Shown piece after piece: positions 35,135 to 47,036 of a DNA stretch of 64,000 nucleotides. The notes under the pieces were generated by a model. That model saw nothing but the letters and a program-made list of their open reading frames with translations, searched no databases and was not told the DNA's origin. The DNA comes from Prasinococcaceae sp. CCMP 1430 (lineage: Eukaryota; Plantae; Prasinodermophyta). The stretch covers positions 186,001 through 250,000 of the forward strand of contig RQSC01000027.1 in assembly GCA_013416795.1 (NCBI GenBank), written 5' to 3'. Numbering within the stretch: position 1 is the first letter of the stretch; each line of letters opens with the position of its first letter. The position numbers and the translations under genes were made by a program.

Positions 35135-36260
35135 ATGTCGCGGGCGGGCCTCGAGGGCGGCTCGGGCGGCGGCGCCGCGTCGCCCAAAGCGTTCGAGTTG
35201 GCGGACGAGGCCGCGCGGTGGCTGCTCGAGCGCACCGAACACCGCCCGCGCTGGGGCATCATCTGCGGCACGGGGCTCGGCGGGCTCGCCGACGAGGTGG
35301 AGAACGCTCAGGTTTTCGAGTGCGTCCGCGCATTCGCGCGGCGGCGGCGCTGCTGCCCCCACGGCGCAGCCGGACCGTCGCTGACCCGCGCGATTCTTGC
35401 GACGCCGCGGTGCTCCGCGGTGCCCGGCTGCCCCCCTTGCGCCGTCGCGGCCACTGGCGCGCAGGTACTCCGACATCCCCAACTTCCCACAGACGACCGT
35501 CGCCGGCCATGCCGGGCGGCTCGTCTTCGGCAACCTCGCGGGGATGCCGGTCGTGCTCATGCAGGGCCGCGCGCACTATTACGAGGGCTACAGCTACGAG
35601 GAGGTGACGCGTCCGGTGCGCATTTTCAAGCAGATGGGAGTTGAGTCGATGGTGGTGACCAACGCTGCCGGCGCCGTGCGGGCTGGGGCGGGTGACCTGC
35701 GCGTGGGCGACGTGATGATGATCGTCGACCACGTCAACCTCGCCAACCTCGCGGGCAAGAATCCGCTGGTCGGTCCGAACGACGAGCGCTTGGGAACGCG
35801 ATTCGTGGACATGAGCGACGCGTACAACCCGCGCCTGCGCACCGCCGCGGCGGCCGCTGCGCTGCACGTGGGCGTCGACCTTAAGCGTGGTGTGTTCGCC
35901 TACGTGGGCGGCCCCACTTTCGAGACGCCCGCCGAGGTGCGCCTGCTGAACATCCTCGGCGCCGACAGCGTGGCAATGAGCTCCGTGCCCGAGGTGACTG
36001 TGGCGCGGCACGTGGGCATCGAGTGCCTGGGCTTTTCCATGATCTCCAACCTGTGCCTGGAGACGCATCGCCCCGAGATTCTCCAGGAGGAGCTCGCTGG
36101 CGACAAACCTGCCGGGGCGGAGCACCTCGACGTGCTGAAAAATGTGCAGGAGTACGCCGTGCCCAACCTCAAAAAGCTCCTGCGCCGCTTCTTCGAAGTG
36201 GAGACCGCGCGCGACAAGGGTTACACAAACGACAACGCGGCCACGGTCACACGCAACTGA
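35135..36260 (+). CDS. PNP: Purine nucleoside phosphorylase, trimeric PNP-I type; 2 exons: 35135-35319, 35465-36260
   Basis: GIICGTGLGG, spliced VFE|YSDIPNFP..TVAGHAGRL, MQGRAHYYEGY, VTNAAG, GGPTFETPAEV, VPEVTVARH, ISN; phase-2 intron 35320-35464; TGTAA at 36399. Confidence 0.93.
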
Positions 36261-36525
36261 GACGACTCCGGGCCTCGCGGACTATTCGCTGGGGTGCATT
36301 GCTTCCAGGCGCGCTCATGGCCAGCGCGACGGCACAGCCGCCCGCATTGGGCGCTTCTCTGCCGAGCCCACCCTGCCGCCCTTGCGCGGCGCAGCTCGTG
36401 TAATTCATTAATCCACACCCCGCGACGGCGGAGGCGCCGCGCATCGGTGTTTGGCCCGCGTGTGCGCGCCCGTGCGAGTGCGTGTACGTCCATTCATTAC
36501 ATGTGCGCGGCCCAAGGCCGCGGCG

Positions 36526-38355
36526 TCACATCTCCGCCTTCTCGAACTGTATCCAGGCCGTCTTGAGGGAGTCAAAGACCTTGCCCGCCACGTACCGGAC
36601 GTGCGTGTCCGCACCTCGTTGCACGACCTTATCGGGGTGCACCACGATGATGGCTCGGCGGTAGGCCTTCTTCACGCCGCTCGGGTCGATGAGATCCGAG
36701 AAGTTCGCGGCCTTCCACTTTGCGCCCTCCCAGAGGACCTCGTGCATTGAGCCGAGCAGCCCCCTGATGTTGCCCTTGTGCTTGTCCACCCATTCGTCGA
36801 GGTCCTTGCCCACCATCTCGCGAAGCATGGCATGCTCTTGCTTCTCCTGCTCCTCGTGCGCCTCCACGGCCTTCTTCTGCGCGAGCGACTCGAGCTCGCG
36901 CGCCTTGACGCGCTGCAGGCGCGCCTTGCGCGCCTTGAAGCGCTCCTCGGGCTCGTCATCGCCGCGCACACAGTCGACGTCGACCGTCGAGGGGTCGATC
37001 TTGACCACCTCTACGTGAATCGCGGCCGTCTGCTTCGGACCCGCCGGCGTGCTCGCCGGCGCGGGGACATCGGTAGGATGCGCAGACTCGCCCGTCCAGC
37101 CCATCATGTCGTCGAACGAGTCGCCACCGCCCTTGGTTTTAGTGCTGCTGCCTCCGCCCAGGTCATCGAGCGAGGCAAAATCAGTCGAGGGCGCCGGCTC
37201 CGCGGCCTGCGCCGGGCTGGTGTCCGTCCCTCCGAAGGCCCCGAGAAGGTCGGCGTCTCCAGGTGGCGCGGCGCTGGACGCGCACGTCGGCGCCCCACCG
37301 AGAAGATCTGCAAGCTCGTCGCCTGCGTTCGCCGACGTCGACGGGGCGCGATTAGGTGAGGGAGGGCCCACTTCGCCGCCGTCGCCGGACATGCCCAGAA
37401 GATCATCCAGCCCGTCGCTCGACGCGCCCGTGCCTGATGGAGCCCCCGCTTCGCCGCCGCCGCCGGACATTCCTAGGAGCTCATCCAGCCCGTCACTCGA
37501 CGCGCCCGTGCCGGCGCTCGCCTCAGCGCCGGAGCCCGCGCGCTCGGCCTCAAAGGGAGGGCTGTTTCTCGCTAGGATCGTGGAGTCATCGAGGCCATCG
37601 GGGTTGGGCGCGCGAGTCGACGGAGGGGTGGGGGATAGCATGTGCTCCAGGTCGTTGGCGCTGCCTCTGCTCGCCGGCGCCGAAGAAGCCCGGTGCATCG
37701 GGGTGGCGTCACCGAGCATGTCCTCCAGATCGTTGGCGCTGCCTCCGCTCGCGAGCGGCGACGCCGGCTGCATTGGCGCCGGTCGAGTCACGCCCAGGCC
37801 GAGCAGGTCATCCAGGCCCGCCCCGTCGCCCGCCGTGGGCGTGGGCGCGCTATGCGTAGCGCCGCCTGCAAATAGGTCGCCGAAGGGGTCGCTCTTGCCA
37901 GTTGGCGTCGCTGTCGCGCCGAGGTTCATGTCTGCAAATGCCGCCACCGGGTCCTTGGCCGGGCTGCTGCTACCAGCGAAGTTAGGGCTGGACGCTCGCA
38001 TGCCCATCATCTTGCCCGGCGACCCCATCATCTGCGTCTTGCTCGGGGAGGCGTTCGTGCCCGCGAAGCCGTCGAGCAGATCCGCAAACCCGCCCAGACC
38101 CGCAGAGCCGGCCCTAGAGGGCGATTGAGTCGGATGGTAGGGGGTAGTACGTGAGGACGGCACCGCGCGAGCGGCCGACGGTGTGCGGATGGGCATGGAC
38201 TGCGACGTGCCGAAGGCCCTGCGCTTCGCATCTGCGGCGGTGGACTCCTTCGGGGCAGCCGGAGGCTTCTGTACGCCCATGCCGCCGCCGGCGCCCATCG
38301 CCGCGCCGCCCTTCTTGACGCCGAACCCGGACAGCAGGTCGCCGAAGTCCGTCAT
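36526..38355 (-). CDS. Auxilin-like J-domain protein (clathrin uncoating co-chaperone)
   Basis: C-terminal auxilin J domain (GNIRGLLGSMHEVLW, VKKAYRRAIIVVHPDK); long disordered region with DPF and DLL/DDLLG motifs and internal duplications (GSANDLE; GTGASSDGLD.LLGMSG). Confidence 0.9.
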   Translation of the reverse strand: MTDFGDLLSGFGVKKGGAAMGAGGGMGVQKPPAAPKESTAADAKRRAFGTSQSMPIRTPSAARAVPSSRTTPYHPTQSPSRAGSAGLGGFADLLDGFAGTNASPSKTQMMGSPGKMMGMRASSPNFAGSSSPAKDPVAAFADMNLGATATPTGKSDPFGDLFAGGATHSAPTPTAGDGAGLDDLLGLGVTRPAPMQPASPLASGGSANDLEDMLGDATPMHRASSAPASRGSANDLEHMLSPTPPSTRAPNPDGLDDSTILARNSPPFEAERAGSGAEASAGTGASSDGLDELLGMSGGGGEAGAPSGTGASSDGLDDLLGMSGDGGEVGPPSPNRAPSTSANAGDELADLLGGAPTCASSAAPPGDADLLGAFGGTDTSPAQAAEPAPSTDFASLDDLGGGSSTKTKGGGDSFDDMMGWTGESAHPTDVPAPASTPAGPKQTAAIHVEVVKIDPSTVDVDCVRGDDEPEERFKARKARLQRVKARELESLAQKKAVEAHEEQEKQEHAMLREMVGKDLDEWVDKHKGNIRGLLGSMHEVLWEGAKWKAANFSDLIDPSGVKKAYRRAIIVVHPDKVVQRGADTHVRYVAGKVFDSLKTAWIQFEKAEM

Positions 38356-38592
38356 GTCTTCTCTCGGGGGGGGGGGGGGGGGGGGGGGGAGGTCTGAGTT
38401 CCCCCCCCTCCCTCCCTGCCTGCCCACCCACCCTACCCCACCCCGTCGGGCGGGAAGAGTGGAGGGGGGTCGCGGCGCGCGCACCCGGCGGGNNNNNNNN
38501 NNNNNNNNNNNNNNNNNNNNNNNNNNNNNNNNNNNNNNNNNNNNNNNNNNNNNNNNNNNNNNNNNNNNNNNNNNNNNNNNNNNNNNNNNNNN

Positions 38593-40303
38593 GGAGGCGG
38601 TGGCCGCCGCGGCGCGCGCGCTGCGCACCTTCGAGCCCCGCGCGCGCAAGCCGCAGCCGGCGGCCGCGCGCGTGTTCGGGTGGTGCACGTGGGACGCGTT
38701 CTACCACGGCGTCACCCCCGAGGGCGTCGACGCGGGCGTCGCGTCGCTCGCGGCCGCCGGCGCGCCGCCGCGCGCCGTCATCATAGACGATGGCTGGCAG
38801 CACACCACGCCCTTCCCGCGCAACGGCAAGCTCGCGCCGGGCGAATCCGAGGCGGACCCGGCGCCCGCGACCCGCCAGCGGAAAAAGTCGCTGGCGGCGG
38901 CGTGGCGGGACGCGCTGTCCCCCGACAGGGCGTACGACTACCTCGTGCGCAACTCGGCAGCGGGCGGCGTGCTGCTGCGCGCGTTCGGCGCGTTCGCGGC
39001 GATGCGCAGCGGGCGCGAGACGCTGCTGGAGAGCTACAAGGCGTCCAAGGGGGTGGCCAGCTTCACCGCGCGCCTCGCGACCGTCGCCGCCGGCGGCGCG
39101 TTCGGCGGCGTCGGCGCGCTCGCCGAGTGCATCCGCGGCCTGAAGGAGCGCCACGGCGTGCAGCTCGTGTACTGCTGGCACGCCATGCTGGGCTACTGGG
39201 GCGGCGTGCAGCCCGGCAGCTTCGGCGCCGCGGTGCGCGAGCCTCGGCACACGCCGGGCGTGCTCGAGGTGGAACCCACGATGGAGTGGGATCCGCTCAC
39301 CATCAACGGCTCGGGCGTGCCAGGCGGGGGGCGGGCGGGCGACGCGGCCATGCGCGCGTTCTACGACGCGCTGCACGGCACCATCGCGGACGCCGGCGCC
39401 GACGGCGTCAAGGTGGACGTGCAGTCGATGGCGGGCGCGCTGGGGGGCTCCACGCTGGCCGCGCGCTGCCACGCCGCGCTTGAGGCCAGCGTGTCGTCCA
39501 ACTTCGGCGACGGCAGCCGCTGCATCAACTGCATGTGCCACTCCACCGAGGCCCTCTTCGCGCAGGCGACCACCTCGGCGGTGCGAGCGAGCGACGACTT
39601 CTACCCCAACGACGCTGCCTCGCACTCCACGCACATCTTCCAATGCGCTTACAACAGCGTCATGCTGGCGTCGTTCGCCTGGCCTGACTGGGACATGTTC
39701 CAGTCGGACAAGGGCTGCGGCGCGCTGCACGCCGCCGCGCGCGCGGTGTCGGGCGCGCCTGTGTACGTGAGCGACGCGCCCGGCGCACACTCTGCCGAGG
39801 TGCTCGCGCGCTGCGTGCTGCCGAGCGGCCGCGTGCCGTGCGCCTCGCAGCCCGCGCTGCCGTGCCGGGACTGCCTGCTGCGAGACACCGCGCGCGACGG
39901 GGCCACCGCCCTCAAGGTGTACAGCCTCAACGGCGCGGCGAGCGCTCCGAGCGCGGCCGAGGGCGGCGATGACGACTCCTACCGCGTGGGGGTGGTGGGC
40001 GCCTTCAACGTCCAGGGCTCCAGCTGGGACGTGTCGACGCGCAGGTACGTGCGGGACGAGGGCAAGCTGGTCACCGTGCGCACGACGGTGTGTCCGGGCG
40101 ACGTCGAGGGACTCGTCAGCGTCGGCGGCGCGACCCATTGGGCGCTCATGGCGCGCGGGGGCGCAGGGGCGACGATCGGCGACGGCGGCGAGGCCGCGAG
40201 CGGCGCGGGGGTGGCTCTGTCCATCGTCGACGCCACTCGAGGGGTCAATGTGCGCCTGCCACCGGGCGCCTTCGCGGTGGTGGCGATCGCGCCCGTGCTG
40301 CAG
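38593..40303 (+). CDS. Raffinose synthase / alkaline alpha-galactosidase (SIP, GH36); 5' end in gap, 3' end unresolved
   Basis: FGWCTWDAFY, VIIDDGWQ, VYCWHAMLGYWGGV, DGVKVDVQ, INCMCH, RASDDFYP, PDWDMFQS, HAAARAVSGAPVYVSD; probable donor CAG|GTGCGC at 40304. Confidence 0.9.
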
Positions 40304-40658
40304 GTGCGCCCGCGCGCGCCAGCGTCTTCGTCGCCGCCCCTCCGCCGCGCCGAGGCGCCGCCGCCGCGCGCGGGGTCCATCGCTCCTCGCCCACCTTCCC
40401 CCCCTGCGCCCCCGCGTCGGCGCACATCGTGTGCCACGGGCGCCTCGAACGCGCGCCATCGGTTCCCCGCGCGCGGCGCCGGGCGTCGCTTTCGAACGCC
40501 GAGCCGGGAGCCGGAGGGCCGAGCGGGGAAAACGTTCGTTTCTGACGAGTCGCGCCCGCGCGGTGGGTGCGCGGGTGCGTGGCTCGCATCGGGTTCTTCT
40601 TACTCTCGGAGGCGCGGCCCGGCGCGGGGAGCGCGCGCGGCGCCTGCCGCAAGGCTGC

Positions 40659-42084
40659 CTAGTCGGCGGCAGCGGCGGCCTTGCCCTTGCCCATTCCGCT
40701 CGCCGCGAGCTCGATGTCGGTGGTGCCCGCGCTGTACAGCGAAGCCGACCTGTCGTAGAAGTTGGCCTGCGACTTGGCGAACTGCACGAGCATCTTGGTG
40801 AACGCCTGCTTGCGCTCGGCGTTGAGCCTCTCAAACTCGCCCTTGTTGCGCGTCTTGATGAGCTCGTACTGCTCCTTGGCGACCACGCTGCTGGCCTCCG
40901 CAGCGGCGAGCTCCCTGCCCGTCTCGGTGAGCTTGCCGGTGATCCCCGCGTCCCCGCCGAGCTTCGCCCCCGACCTGGCCTCGAGCTTGGCCACCGCCAG
41001 GCGCTTGCGCTCGATGTCGCTCGCGAGCGTCTGCACGGTGAGCAGCGCCTTGGCGCGGTCGGCGCTCGCGGCGTGCACCGCTGGCATGATCCCCAGGTGC
41101 TCGTGGAGCGGCTGCAGCACCTGCACCGCCTGGCCCGTGGCGGAGCGCTGCAGCCGACTCTGGCGCACCAGCGACCCCCCCAGCGCCTTAAGGGCGGGCG
41201 CGATGGCCTCGTGCTCGCTCGCCTCCTCGAACTTGGCCAACTTGATGAGCTCGAGGCCCAGCGCGGCGTTGGCGTCGCTCATGTCCTGCAGCGATTGCAC
41301 CACGCCCTCGGCGGCCCCGCTGGAATCGCTCAGGAGCTTCTCGAGCTCGCCGAAGGCCAGCTTGTGCGCCAGGTACTCGGTGTCCTCCTCCTGGAGCCCC
41401 GCCTTGGAGCCCAGGTCGTTCATCATGCCCTGCCTCCACTCCTTGAGCGAGCGCAGCGGGTTGCGGCTGGCCTTTGCGGCGACGGCTGCGTCGGCGGGCG
41501 TGTTGGCGGCCGCCGATCCGATCACCTGCGAGCCCAGCGTGCTGGCGGCGTCGCTCGCGCTCGCCATGGCCGAGCGCACGCTCGCCGTAGACGGCAGGTC
41601 GCCGTCGGTCTCCAAGAAGCGCACGAGGTGCGGGCTCGACGCCAGCACGGGGTGCTGCGCCAGCCGGTTGAGCCACTGCTCCAGCAGGTGGCGGCGAAAC
41701 TCGACGAACTCCTGGTCGGAGCTCGAGGCGAGCGCGTCCTTCTCGGGGCGCGGCGGGACGAAGAAGCCGCGGTGCGCTTCGCACAGCGCGTCGTGGAGCC
41801 TCACGAAGTCGCGGAAGCGCCGCCGCACGACCATGCTCCCGCCGCTCTGCGCCGTGCGGTACGCGGGCAGCGTCGCCGACGTCGTCACCTTGTACGTGAC
41901 GTAGGAGCGCCCCAGCGCGCCCGACTCGCTGCGCTTAAGCGGGTCGGTCACGGTGACCTTGAGGCCGGGGCCGCCGCCGGAGCCGCCGGGCGCCTCCCCA
42001 AGGTCGCTCACCTCGGAAGTGGCCACCGACTGCGCCGCGGGTGGGGCGGGCGCGCCGGAGCCGCCCGCCCCCGCCGCGGGCCCG
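40659..42084 (-). CDS. Sorting nexin, PX + BAR (SNX2/Vps5-like); 5' end in gap 42085-42743
   Basis: PX domain VTVTDP..YVTYKV..VRRRFRDFVRLHD..GFFVPPRPEK..FVEFRR..LEQWL..HP, followed by a helical BAR domain ending EFERLNAERK.AF..ML..F. Confidence 0.9.
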
Positions 42085-42989
42085 NNNNNNNNNNNNNNNN
42101 NNNNNNNNNNNNNNNNNNNNNNNNNNNNNNNNNNNNNNNNNNNNNNNNNNNNNNNNNNNNNNNNNNNNNNNNNNNNNNNNNNNNNNNNNNNNNNNNNNNN
42201 NNNNNNNNNNNNNNNNNNNNNNNNNNNNNNNNNNNNNNNNNNNNNNNNNNNNNNNNNNNNNNNNNNNNNNNNNNNNNNNNNNNNNNNNNNNNNNNNNNNN
42301 NNNNNNNNNNNNNNNNNNNNNNNNNNNNNNNNNNNNNNNNNNNNNNNNNNNNNNNNNNNNNNNNNNNNNNNNNNNNNNNNNNNNNNNNNNNNNNNNNNNN
42401 NNNNNNNNNNNNNNNNNNNNNNNNNNNNNNNNNNNNNNNNNNNNNNNNNNNNNNNNNNNNNNNNNNNNNNNNNNNNNNNNNNNNNNNNNNNNNNNNNNNN
42501 NNNNNNNNNNNNNNNNNNNNNNNNNNNNNNNNNNNNNNNNNNNNNNNNNNNNNNNNNNNNNNNNNNNNNNNNNNNNNNNNNNNNNNNNNNNNNNNNNNNN
42601 NNNNNNNNNNNNNNNNNNNNNNNNNNNNNNNNNNNNNNNNNNNNNNNNNNNNNNNNNNNNNNNNNNNNNNNNNNNNNNNNNNNNNNNNNNNNNNNNNNNN
42701 NNNNNNNNNNNNNNNNNNNNNNNNNNNNNNNNNNNNNNNNNNNGGGGCGAGGGAGAGAGCACAATCCGCGCCAGGGGCGCCCCCGCCGCGCCGCGGCGCG
42801 CAGGAAGAGGCGCGCGCGCGCGCACGAAAAGAAGCGCGCGAGCGAGGAAGGCGCACGCGCCCCGCCAGGCGGGACGAGCGGCCAGGGAGCGGTGCGCGTG
42901 CGCGCGCGTGTGCGGGGAGGGTGGGGCAAGGCGGGAGGGGGGAAGGTATCGCAGAGGAGGGCGAGGAAGCGTCCAGGGCGGCGGAGCGC

Positions 42990-44204
42990 ATGGCGGCCAA
43001 GCCCTGGGAGGCCGCAGGCGCCATCGCCGGGGACGCGCCGAGCCCCCTCGCCGGGGCGGCGGGCGAGGCCGCCAGGGCGCAGGCGGCAGAGAGGGGGGCG
43101 GCCCAGGGCGCCACGGCAGCCCCCGCCGGCGCGTCTGCGGCGGCTCCGGGGCCGAGGCCGTGGGAGTCGCATTCGGCCGCGGGGGGGACGTACGGCGCAG
43201 GGGGCGTGTACGGGAGCTCGTACAACTCCGCGTATGGGGGGGGCTACGGCTCGGCGGGCTACGGCGGCTACGGCAGCAGCATGTACGGCGCCGGCGGCTA
43301 CGGGAGCAGCTTGTACGGCGGCGGCTACGGCAGCGGCATGTACGGCGGCGGCGGCTACGGCAGCAGCTTGTACGGCAGCGGCCTGTACGGCAACCGCTAC
43401 GGCGGCGGCATGTACGGCGGCGGCATGTACGGGGGGGGCATGTACGGCGGAGGCATGTACGGCGGGGGCATGTACGGCGGCGGCATGTACGGCGGGGGTG
43501 GCATGATGGGCGGCCCCGGCATGATGGATCCCAATGACCCGCGCAACCAGCCGATGCCGCCGCCACCCGCGTGGCAACGCCTGCTACACTCGCTGAACAA
43601 CGTCATGTCCTTCTTCGGGCGCGTGAGCTTCCTCGTCGACGAGAACACGCACGCCCTCCACTTCTTCATCACCGCGCTGCTGCAGCTCTTCGATCGCACC
43701 GGCAGCCTGTACAGCGAGCTCGCGCGCTTCGTGCTGCGCATCCTGGGTTTCAAGATCGCGCAGAAGAAGCGTGAGGAAGAGGCCTTCGCGCACCACCACA
43801 GCATGCAGCAGCAGATGATGGACGAGCAGCAGAGGCAGCACCAGATGCACCAGGGGCCCATGGGGGCGATGCAGGGCCCGCCGGGGGCGCCCGGGGCAGC
43901 GCCGGGCATGCAGAGGGGCCTCGCGGGCGCGCCCAGCGCCAGCGCCTCTGCGCAGGGCGCGCAGGGCGCGCAAGATGTGCAGAACGCCCAGGCCACGCAG
44001 CAGTTCGCCGGCGCGTGGGGCGCGAGTGGCGCCGGCGGGGCCGCTGCAGCGACCGGCACGCCGGCGGCTGGCGGCACGGCGAAGGTTGAAGGCGCTGGAG
44101 CCGCAGGCGCTTCTGTAGACGCCGCGGCGAAGCCCCACGGCTTGCCGGGAATGCCGCCCGCAGCCGCGCCTGCGCCGCAGCCCGCAAAGCCTGGCGATTC
44201 CTGA
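42990..44204 (+). CDS. PEX13: Peroxin 13, plant type (no SH3)
   Basis: MAAKPWE N-terminus, YG-rich repeats, conserved W..LL.....VM.FFGRVSFLVDENTHALHFFITALLQLFDR.GSLY.ELARFVLRILG. Confidence 0.88.
   Translation: MAAKPWEAAGAIAGDAPSPLAGAAGEAARAQAAERGAAQGATAAPAGASAAAPGPRPWESHSAAGGTYGAGGVYGSSYNSAYGGGYGSAGYGGYGSSMYGAGGYGSSLYGGGYGSGMYGGGGYGSSLYGSGLYGNRYGGGMYGGGMYGGGMYGGGMYGGGMYGGGMYGGGGMMGGPGMMDPNDPRNQPMPPPPAWQRLLHSLNNVMSFFGRVSFLVDENTHALHFFITALLQLFDRTGSLYSELARFVLRILGFKIAQKKREEEAFAHHHSMQQQMMDEQQRQHQMHQGPMGAMQGPPGAPGAAPGMQRGLAGAPSASASAQGAQGAQDVQNAQATQQFAGAWGASGAGGAAAATGTPAAGGTAKVEGAGAAGASVDAAAKPHGLPGMPPAAAPAPQPAKPGDS
43397..43500 (+). repeat. 15-nt tandem repeat encoding (YGGGM)n in PEX13
   Basis: About 7 copies of TACGGCGGCGGCATG with synonymous third-position variation. 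Confidence 0.85.
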
Positions 44205-44486
44205 GCGCTCGCGCACGCTTGTGCGCAGGCGGCGCGTCCTTGAGAGAATTGATTATTAATGTCGGGCTCTGTGTCGGCTCGTTGCTCCCTACCAGCCCCG
44301 ACCGCGCGCCGACCGCGCGCGGAGCTTTGGGCGGCGGGAGCGCGCATGCCGCGGACTCCGCCATGACGTGTTGCGTTGTGCTGTGCTGTGCTGTGCTGTG
44401 CTATGTTTGTTTTTGTTTGTTCTGTGTAGCCTCGCCTCGTTTCGGTGCGTTGCGCTGTCGCCCCCTGCGTGTGCCGCGGCTGCTCC

Positions 44487-46270
44487 TCAGCGCATGGCGC
44501 TGGGAGAGAAGAGCTTGGGGGATCGCAAGGCGAGCGGCACGGGCGAGGGTTGCGTTTCCTGTCGCGGCCGCCTTGGCGTTCCGGCCGCGCGCGAGGGCGT
44601 TCCGAGGCAGAGGCTCTCGACGGGGGAACCCACCCAGTCGGGCGAGAGCGGCGCCGCGCGTGGAGTGCCGCAGCCCGCGCCGAAGAGAACGCGCGGCGCG
44701 GGCGAGTTCTCCTTGTCGGCCTCACCACCGCCCAGCGGTGGCGTGTGCCCGTGCGGGCGGGCGCTTGCCTCGCCGCTCCCTTCGCAAACCTCTGCGCCCA
44801 GGCTGAGCGCCTTTCGGAGCGACGGCGTGCTCTGCATCTCGATGCAAACGCCCGCCGGTGCTTCCACGCCCGCGGGCAAGCTGCTCGAGTGCGCCAGCCG
44901 AGTGCGCCTCCTCGCCTCGCCCGTGCGAGCGCCGCCGCCGGCAGCAGCCGCGGTGCCGCCCGTCACGCGCCTGACGAACTTTGAGATGGGCGTGAAGATC
45001 GCTTCGTCCATCTTGGCGCGCGCGCGGCGCGCCGCCTTGGCCGCCGGGCTGCCAGGCAAGCTCTCACCCCAGGCGTCCACGCCGCCCCTCCCCCCTGGAT
45101 GGCCGCGGGTGCAGGCGTCCCCCTCGGCGTCGCGCTTGCGCTTGGAGCGCGCCTTGCTGGCGCGGCGCATGCGCGTCATCTGCGAGTTGCTAAGGGGGGA
45201 AAGCACAGCGCGCGCGCCGCCCGGTCCCTGCGCCACTGCGTCAAACGGCGGTGGCGGGGGAGTGAGCAGCTCCTGGAGCGGCCTGTCCGCATCTCCGAGC
45301 GCGCTCTTGAGGAACGCCTGCGCATCAACTGTGGCGAGCTGCGGGGCGCGGATGATTGCTGCCATCTCGGCAAGCCCATCCGCCACCACTAGCTCGCTGC
45401 GCATCTCCTCGAGTGCCGCCAAGGCAGTGCCCAGCAGCACGGAGCGGGCGCCGTCGGTGCCGACGCCCTCCGGGGCGTCCCCGCCCGCGAGTAGGAGCGC
45501 GTCCCATACGCGCAGCGTGAGCGCCGTTGGAAGCACCCCCACGAAGCACGACAGCGCCCACCGGGGAAGCAGCAGCACCATGTCGAGACCCGCGGCCTCC
45601 AGGTGCTCAGCGAGCTCGGGCGAGCGCGCTGCGAGCAGCCTGGGGAAGAGGGCCATGTCGTCGACCAGCCCGCTCAGCTTGGCCGAGAAGTAGCTCGGGA
45701 GCAGGCCGCCCACCACATGGACCATCGTTTCGAACGCAGCCACCTCGTCACCCTTATACACGCAAAGCAGAAATCCAGCGAGCAAGTTCATGCCCTGAAG
45801 GTACGACGCCGAAGGCACGGCGGCGGCCACCGCCAAGAGCACGCGACGCAGCCTAGGAATGTAACTCCCGACGCTGTCATGGCCGCCGTCGGCGTCGGCG
45901 TCGGCGGGAGCGCGACCGGGTTTGGAATCGGGAGCGGGAGCGGGAGCGGGTGCGCCTTCGTCACGTTCCGGTCGTTGCTGCTTCTGACACGCGCAACAGC
46001 CCTCGTCGCGCATCGAGTTGTGCTCCTTCCAGCCGTCGTCGCCGCCTTCCTCTCGGCCGCGCCCCTGCGGCCTGCGCCTGGCGAAGAGCAGGTGCTCGGG
46101 GAAGGTGCGCGGCAGGTCGGCCTCGATGACGTTGACCCAATTGTGTCGGAGCGCCTCATCGGACGTACCTTCGCGCAGGCAATCTTCGTATCGCGGCGCG
46201 GATCCCGCGCCGCCCCGGTGCGCCGCGCGTGTGCGGCGCACCGCCTCGAGCCAGCACCTGGCGCGCTGGC
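44487..46270 (-). CDS. TBC-domain Rab GTPase-activating protein; first exon/start not located
   Basis: IEADLPRTFPEH (Arg finger), YLQGMNLLAGFLL (Gln finger), LLPSYFS, LAEHLE.G.D..LLLPRW.L.CF, LRVWDALL; likely acceptor GCCAG|G near 46260. Confidence 0.85.
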
Positions 46271-47036
46271 CGCCTGTGCCTGTGCACGCGTGGCCAAGCC
46301 GCGCAGACTCCGCCCCCCCCCGGGCGCGCCTCGCGCACGCCCACTGGCGCGCGCGCCCCCGCTCCCCGCTCCCGCGCCCCGCGGCCACCGCACAAGATAA
46401 GGTCCGGAATCCATCCCAAATCTAGGATTCCATGGAATCCATTCATATCTCACAATATCACTAGTGGACTACTGAGCGTCGCGCTGGCGGTCGCAGACGC
46501 AAGGATTCCGATTCCGCCCGGGCCTCCCGCCAGCGCGCGGTGGCCTCGCGCGCCCCCGGCCAGCAGATCAAGATCATGAGGGCCTCTGCTGTTAGAGCCG
46601 GGGCATGGTTTGGGTTCAGGTGAGGAGACTGGAGCCCACTCGGATCTCCGGACAGATGGACAATCGTTCAGTTTTAGGGGTTATGATTAGGGTTAATAAG
46701 TGACATCCGAAATTCGCATTGTATGTGGGGGGGGCGTGGTTAGGGCAGCAGCAGGGGCGGGGCGGCGCCTGCTGCCTGCGTGCCACAGGGCGCTCGCTGC
46801 GCGGGCGGCGAGGGGCGGTGAGGGGCGGCGAGGGGGAGGGGCACATCAGCCGAGGCGGACGCACTTTGCGACTTCAAAAACGCATGCGCCATTGAGCATT
46901 GCATGAGTGATGCACGCCCGTGGGATAAAGTGATCCTCACTCGGATGCCACATCCACTGCAAAACGATGCATCGAGGGCCAACGATCGATGGGTCGGTCG
47001 ATGGATGGAATCGATGGATGTGGAATGCATGGATGG

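Noticed and set aside
38366-38389. Long G homopolymers (also near 26395, 30752 and a C-run near 63456) as functional G-quadruplexes
   Set aside because: Pure homopolymers near gaps or in UTRs and introns; lengths are unreliable and there is no evidence of function.
43397-43500. CRISPR-like or mobile repeat array
   Set aside because: No spacers; an in-frame coding repeat of the PEX13 YG-rich region.
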